A stretch of DNA of 64,000 nucleotides, from assembly GCA_041666325.1 (NCBI GenBank), contig JBAYHC010000001.1, positions 265,708-329,707 on the forward strand. Direction: 5' to 3'. This document shows, in pieces, positions 59,611 through 64,000 of the stretch. The notes under the pieces are model-generated. The model was not told where the DNA came from, did no database searches, and saw only the letters and a list, made by a program, of their open reading frames with translations. Every line of letters starts with the position of its first letter. Position 1 is the stretch's first letter. Source of the stretch: Patescibacteria group bacterium (GTDB lineage: Bacteria; Patescibacteriota; UBA1384; XYA2-FULL-43-10; 1-14-0-10-43-13). The translations under genes and the position numbers were made by a program.

Positions 59611-61476
59611 ATGGGTAAGATTATTGGCATAGACTTAGGCACAACATTCTCTGCCGTGGCCGTAATGGAAGGTGGCGAAGCAAAGATAATTCCCTCTACC
59701 GAGGGGACAAGAACCACACCATCGATGGTAGCAGAAACAAAAAAGGGAGATAGATTGGTTGGCGTTCTGGCTCGCCGGCAGGCGGTCACAAATGCCGAAA
59801 ACACGGTTTACTCAATCAAGCGCTTTATCGGACGAAATTTTAGCGACAAAGAAGTTCAGGATGAGATAAAAAGAGTTCCTTATCAGGTCAAGAAGGCATC
59901 AGACAGCTCTGTTCGGGTCGTAATGAACAACAAGGACTATAGCCCGCAGGAAGTTTCTGCCTTTATTCTGCAAAAACTTAAAAACGACGCCGAAACATAC
60001 CTTGGCGAAAAAGTTACCGAGGCTGTGATTACTGTTCCTGCGTACTTTAACGACTCACAACGTCAGGCGACCAAGGATGCAGGAAAGATTGCTGGCCTTG
60101 AGGTTAAGAGAATAATCAACGAACCCACAGCCGCAGCACTCGCGTATGGCCTAGACAGGAAAAAAGAAGAAAAAATTGCCGTCTATGACCTTGGCGGGGG
60201 CACATTTGATATTACTATCCTTGAACTGGGTGACGGAGTATTCGAGGTAAGATCAACCAGTGGTGATACGCACCTTGGTGGAGATGACTTTGATCAAAGA
60301 ATAATGTCTTATGTCATCGACGAATTCAAGAAAGATCAGGGTATAGATCTTCATAACGACAAAACAGCGATCCAGAGAGTCAAAGAAGCAGCCGAAAAAG
60401 CGAAAATTGAACTTTCCACAACCAACGAAACAGAGATCAATCTACCCTTCATCACAGCTGACGCCTCTGGTCCAAAGCACTTGCAAATGACAATTACTAA
60501 GGCAAAGTTTGAAAGCCTTGTTGCTGATTTGGTTGAACGAACTCTGAAGCCATGCGAGACAGCCCTCAAGGATGCTGGACTATCAACGTCTGAAATCAAT
60601 GAGGTAATTCTGGTGGGGGGACAAACGCGAACACCGGCGGTCCGAGATGCAGTTAAGAAATTCTTTGGCAAAGAACCAAATCAATCAGTCAACCCTGACG
60701 AAGCTGTGGCATTGGGAGCAGCCATCCAGGGCGGTGTCTTGGGCGGAGAAGTCAAGGACTTGCTTCTGCTCGATGTCACACCACTCTCTCTTGGCATAGA
60801 AACCCTCGGCGGAATTGCGACTAAGATCATTGAGAAAAACACCACTATCCCTACCTCAAAATCACAAGTTTTCTCTACTGCGGCCGACAATCAAACTCAG
60901 GTGGACATCCATGTCTTACAGGGTGAGCGAGAGATGGCTGCCGACAGTAAAACTTTAGGGCGCTTTATCCTCGACGGCATTCCTCCTGCACCGCGAGGCG
61001 TTCCTCAAGTTGAGGTCAGCTTTGACATTGACGCCAATGGCATCGTGCATGTTTCAGCACGAGACAAAGCCACGGGGAAAGAACAAAAAATTACCATTAC
61101 GAGTACCTCGGGTCTTTCAGACGATGAGATAAAGAAGATGACCGAAGAAGCAGAGATTCACGCCGACGAAGACAAGAAGAAAAGGGAATTAATTGAGGCT
61201 CGCAACCAAGCCGACTCTCTGATCTATACCTCAGAAAAAACAATTAAGGACATTGGAGACAAGGCTGATTCCAACTTGAAATCCGACGTTGAAGAGAAAA
61301 TCAAGACACTCAGGGAAGTCAAAGATCGCGATGAAGTAGAAGAAATTAAAACCCAAACAGAAAACCTGAGCAAGTCCCTTTCTGAGCTCGGAGCACAGAT
61401 GTATCAACAATCTGGCAATGCGCAAGCAGAGAACACTCCAGAGAACCAGGGAGAGGAAAATAAAGATCAAGAGTAG
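59611..61476 (+). CDS. dnaK: Chaperone DnaK
   Basis: [34 protein letters not shown]. Confidence 0.99.
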   Translation: MGKIIGIDLGTTFSAVAVMEGGEAKIIPSTEGTRTTPSMVAETKKGDRLVGVLARRQAVTNAENTVYSIKRFIGRNFSDKEVQDEIKRVPYQVKKASDSSVRVVMNNKDYSPQEVSAFILQKLKNDAETYLGEKVTEAVITVPAYFNDSQRQATKDAGKIAGLEVKRIINEPTAAALAYGLDRKKEEKIAVYDLGGGTFDITILELGDGVFEVRSTSGDTHLGGDDFDQRIMSYVIDEFKKDQGIDLHNDKTAIQRVKEAAEKAKIELSTTNETEINLPFITADASGPKHLQMTITKAKFESLVADLVERTLKPCETALKDAGLSTSEINEVILVGGQTRTPAVRDAVKKFFGKEPNQSVNPDEAVALGAAIQGGVLGGEVKDLLLLDVTPLSLGIETLGGIATKIIEKNTTIPTSKSQVFSTAADNQTQVDIHVLQGEREMAADSKTLGRFILDGIPPAPRGVPQVEVSFDIDANGIVHVSARDKATGKEQKITITSTSGLSDDEIKKMTEEAEIHADEDKKKRELIEARNQADSLIYTSEKTIKDIGDKADSNLKSDVEEKIKTLREVKDRDEVEEIKTQTENLSKSLSELGAQMYQQSGNAQAENTPENQGEENKDQE

Positions 61477-61582
61477 CAGCGCCAGACCACAACGCCAGTA
61501 GACAATCTGCCCCCTTTAGTTTAGTATACAAGTAATTAAATGGAGGGGACCGATCCTGTCTGCTGGCAGGTGGTTCTGAGCT

Positions 61583-62245
61583 ATGGATAACTCTAAGCGC
61601 CCAGTTTTCTTAGGAATTCTCGGCATTGCAATAGTTATTACTATCGTCTGGCAAGTAGTTAATCGACGGTCAGACGAAGCAAAACAGACCGACACCACTG
61701 GAGAGACAGCAACCCAGCAAATTCTGAATATTACAAACGTAGATCCGGCAGACTTTGACTCCATCATCGAACAAGAATTATCCCTAGCGAATATTAAGGC
61801 AACAAACGACAACCCCAAAAACAAATTGGCCGCGGTGATTATCGAGCTACCGGCAGATTTGGCACCGAACAATGGCACAGTACGCTATATATATTCATCA
61901 GATGATGACCAAGAAAACAACTGGATGATTACGATCAGTCAGGCTAATAGCAGATACATCCGTGCCAGTATCCCCAAGGAAGATTACCTGGGCGACCTTC
62001 GCTCAATAAATCTCCAATTATGGAAATTTAACTATGTTACCGCCCTAAAAATTGCCGAGAATAACGGCGGATTGAAATGGCGTGAAAGCAACGACCTGTC
62101 CGGTATCAAATTATCACTACAACACCTTGCGCCCCAAAACTGGCTACAATGGATAGTCGAATATAGCGGCCCCACTGGCACGTTTGTCAAGAACATTGAT
62201 GCCAACTCAGGACAGGTCATCGAAGCAACAACCGAGAATCAGTAA
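61583..62245 (+). CDS. Membrane-anchored exported protein, unknown function
   Basis: N-terminal TM; PepSY-like C-terminus (ALKIAE...IDANSGQVI). Confidence 0.7.
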   Translation: MDNSKRPVFLGILGIAIVITIVWQVVNRRSDEAKQTDTTGETATQQILNITNVDPADFDSIIEQELSLANIKATNDNPKNKLAAVIIELPADLAPNNGTVRYIYSSDDDQENNWMITISQANSRYIRASIPKEDYLGDLRSINLQLWKFNYVTALKIAENNGGLKWRESNDLSGIKLSLQHLAPQNWLQWIVEYSGPTGTFVKNIDANSGQVIEATTENQ

Positions 62246-62260
62246 GAAATATTTCTATCG

Positions 62261-62887
62261 ATGACAAACAACAAAGACCCCTACGCAATATTGGGCGTTT
62301 CAAAAAACGCTACTGCAGAAGAGATTAAAAAAGCTTATCGCAAACTAGCACTACAACATCATCCTGATCGCGGCGGCGGCAAAGAGGCTGAAGAAAAGTT
62401 CAAGGCAATTAATAATGCCTATGAGGTTCTCTCTGACCCGCAGAAACGAGCACAGTATGACCGTTTTGGTGATGCTGCGTTCAATGGTGCTGGCCAGGGT
62501 GCAGGCGGTTTTGATTTCTCTGGCTTTCAAAGAGGATCCTCTGATTTCTCCTTCTTTGGAGGATTTGGGGATATTTTTGAAGATTTTTTCGGACAAACTC
62601 TTTCGCAGGTTCAAGCCGAGATTCACATTACACCTGCACAGGCAGTACTGGGTGAGAAAATAGATATGTCTATAGGCGGCGAGAATATTTCTATCACAAT
62701 TCCACCAGGGACTCAATCAGGCACCTCTTTTCGCATTCCCGGAAAAGGGCGGGTTTTCCGTGGAACACAACGCGGGGATTTAATTCTGACGATTAAGATC
62801 GATCTGCCAAAGAACTTATCCAAAGAGCAAAAAGAGCTCTGGGAAAAGTTGCGCCAAGCCGAGAAGAAAAAGCGCGGCTGGTTCTAG
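62261..62887 (+). CDS. dnaJ: Short DnaJ (J-domain, G/F region, partial C domain; no Zn finger)
   Basis: [36 protein letters not shown]. Confidence 0.88.
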   Translation: MTNNKDPYAILGVSKNATAEEIKKAYRKLALQHHPDRGGGKEAEEKFKAINNAYEVLSDPQKRAQYDRFGDAAFNGAGQGAGGFDFSGFQRGSSDFSFFGGFGDIFEDFFGQTLSQVQAEIHITPAQAVLGEKIDMSIGGENISITIPPGTQSGTSFRIPGKGRVFRGTQRGDLILTIKIDLPKNLSKEQKELWEKLRQAEKKKRGWF

Positions 62888-62892
62888 AGCAG

Positions 62893-62930
62893 AAAAAAAA
62901 GAGAGCAGCAGAGAGCAGGCTCTCTTTTTT
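62893..62930. terminator. Terminator after dnaJ
   Basis: AAAAAAGAGAGC...GCTCTCTTTTTT. Confidence 0.7.
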
Positions 62931-63065
62931 CATTTACAGTCAACATCTTTTACTCCATAATTACCCGCCGCCATCTGGTTGACAGGTCTCAACTAATCAC
63001 CGATAATAGAAAGTGAAAATAAAAAGTAGAGCCATGGCAATTATACCTTGGCTTAGGAGGGTTGG

Positions 63066-63566
63066 ATGCCACTTCCCACATGGGATGTCTTTATAGGCTT
63101 GATATTTCTAGTTGGCATTGCCTATGGTTTTATTTTACGTCGTGACAAAACCATAGCGACTCTCTGCTCTGTTTATATCGGCCTGGTCATCGCAACGAAT
63201 TTTTCGCAAACACTCTTTGACTTTTTCAATGGCAACAAGGTAATAGCCAACCAGCTCTGGATCCGATCCAGCACACCACTACCAATTATTGCTATTATTC
63301 TATTTTTGATCTCAATCATTTTCGTCTCCGGGGCAATCAACTCCTCCAACAATAGAGGTGGCGACATTTCTCCGATCGAAGTTTTTGTTTACAGTACGCT
63401 AACAGTGGCACTGATCATATCATCAGTCCTTAACTTCATGCCAGAAGAGATGCGCCTCAGTTTTTTGAAGTCATCTCACGTCGCAAATCTACTTTTCCGA
63501 TACCACTCGCTCATGGTGATGATTCCACCAATTTCCCTCGTAGTGCTTAATTTCAAAAGAAAGTAA
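63066..63566 (+). CDS. Membrane protein (CvpA-like topology)
   Basis: WDVFIGLIFLVGIAYGF..., 4-5 TM helices; TTGACA-N17-GATAAT promoter and SD AGGAGG. Confidence 0.65.
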   Translation: MPLPTWDVFIGLIFLVGIAYGFILRRDKTIATLCSVYIGLVIATNFSQTLFDFFNGNKVIANQLWIRSSTPLPIIAIILFLISIIFVSGAINSSNNRGGDISPIEVFVYSTLTVALIISSVLNFMPEEMRLSFLKSSHVANLLFRYHSLMVMIPPISLVVLNFKRK

Positions 63567-63690
63567 CCTATTAGCGAATTATGCAGATAAGCAAGTAAGT
63601 TATAATTAGTTAAACGAACCGTAAAAGTATAAACTACTACTTAGTTACTTGTCTGCCTAATAATTTTAAATAAAATATAGAGGAGATATT

Positions 63691-64000
63691 ATGGGATTCT
63701 ATGTTCGCTGGCTTATAAATGCCACTTTTTTAGCGATTATTTTTTATCTTACTCCAAGGGTCGCCTTTGAGGGCTCCGCCTCGCTCGTTGCCCTGGTTTT
63801 GGTTCTTGGGTTCATTAACGCCTCCACAAAGAGATTGCTCAAGAGCGCCTCAGTACCAACTGGCCTCCATTTCATTGCTCTTGCAGCGCTATTGGGCAAT
63901 GGCCTGTTGCTTTGGCTGGCTAGCACTGCTGGTTGGATAAGCATAGAAAATTATTCAGGAGCTCGTTTTGGACTAATCGTCTACTGGGTAATAGTGCTTA
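63691..64000 (+). CDS. YvlD/DUF360 (4-TM 'phage holin family') membrane protein, partial
   Basis: MGFYVRWLINATFL...LVLGFINA...GNGLLLWLAS; SD GAGGAG; runs off window end. Confidence 0.65.
   Translation, partial: MGFYVRWLINATFLAIIFYLTPRVAFEGSASLVALVLVLGFINASTKRLLKSASVPTGLHFIALAALLGNGLLLWLASTAGWISIENYSGARFGLIVYWVIVL

Noticed and set aside
63691-64000. Prophage suggested by a 'holin family' gene
   Set aside because: YvlD/DUF360 proteins are common chromosomal membrane proteins, and there are no phage genes nearby.

Overview
This is a 64 kb chromosomal window from a small-genome bacterium using genetic code 11 (TGA is a stop). Gene content and style point to Patescibacteria/CPR: a short TsaB, a VirB2-like pilin, a split ComEC, a short DnaJ and a giant surface protein. 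That placement is an inference. The housekeeping backbone comprises rny (partial), 11 tRNAs, tsaE-tsaB, an LCP protein, a PrsA-like PPIase, eno-gpmI, queA/queH, yebC-ruvC...ruvA-ruvB, comEC and grpE-dnaK-dnaJ. There are four main accessory parts. (1) A general-stress/desiccation toolkit: four GsiB/Em-type KGG proteins, DUF2795, a PRC-barrel protein, a PRTase, DUF5335 and an RsbW-like protein. (2) A 2373-aa surface protein with 21 beta-propeller-type repeats inserted inside a LamG domain, next to a MacB-type ABC transporter. (3) A 9.4-kb sugar-modification island (GalT, two APH-like kinases, GH130, three GT4, HAD phosphatase) splitting ruvC from ruvA. (4) The most unusual feature: a dispersed family of about 39-46 bp hairpin repeats. 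There are about 11 copies at 5 intergenic loci, with compensatory base changes, an attC-like layout and interchangeable short linker modules. They are always oriented with the downstream gene and they bracket the sugar island and ruvA. No integrase, transposase, reverse transcriptase or cas gene is visible. All family assignments come from motif recognition by eye; no database search was run.
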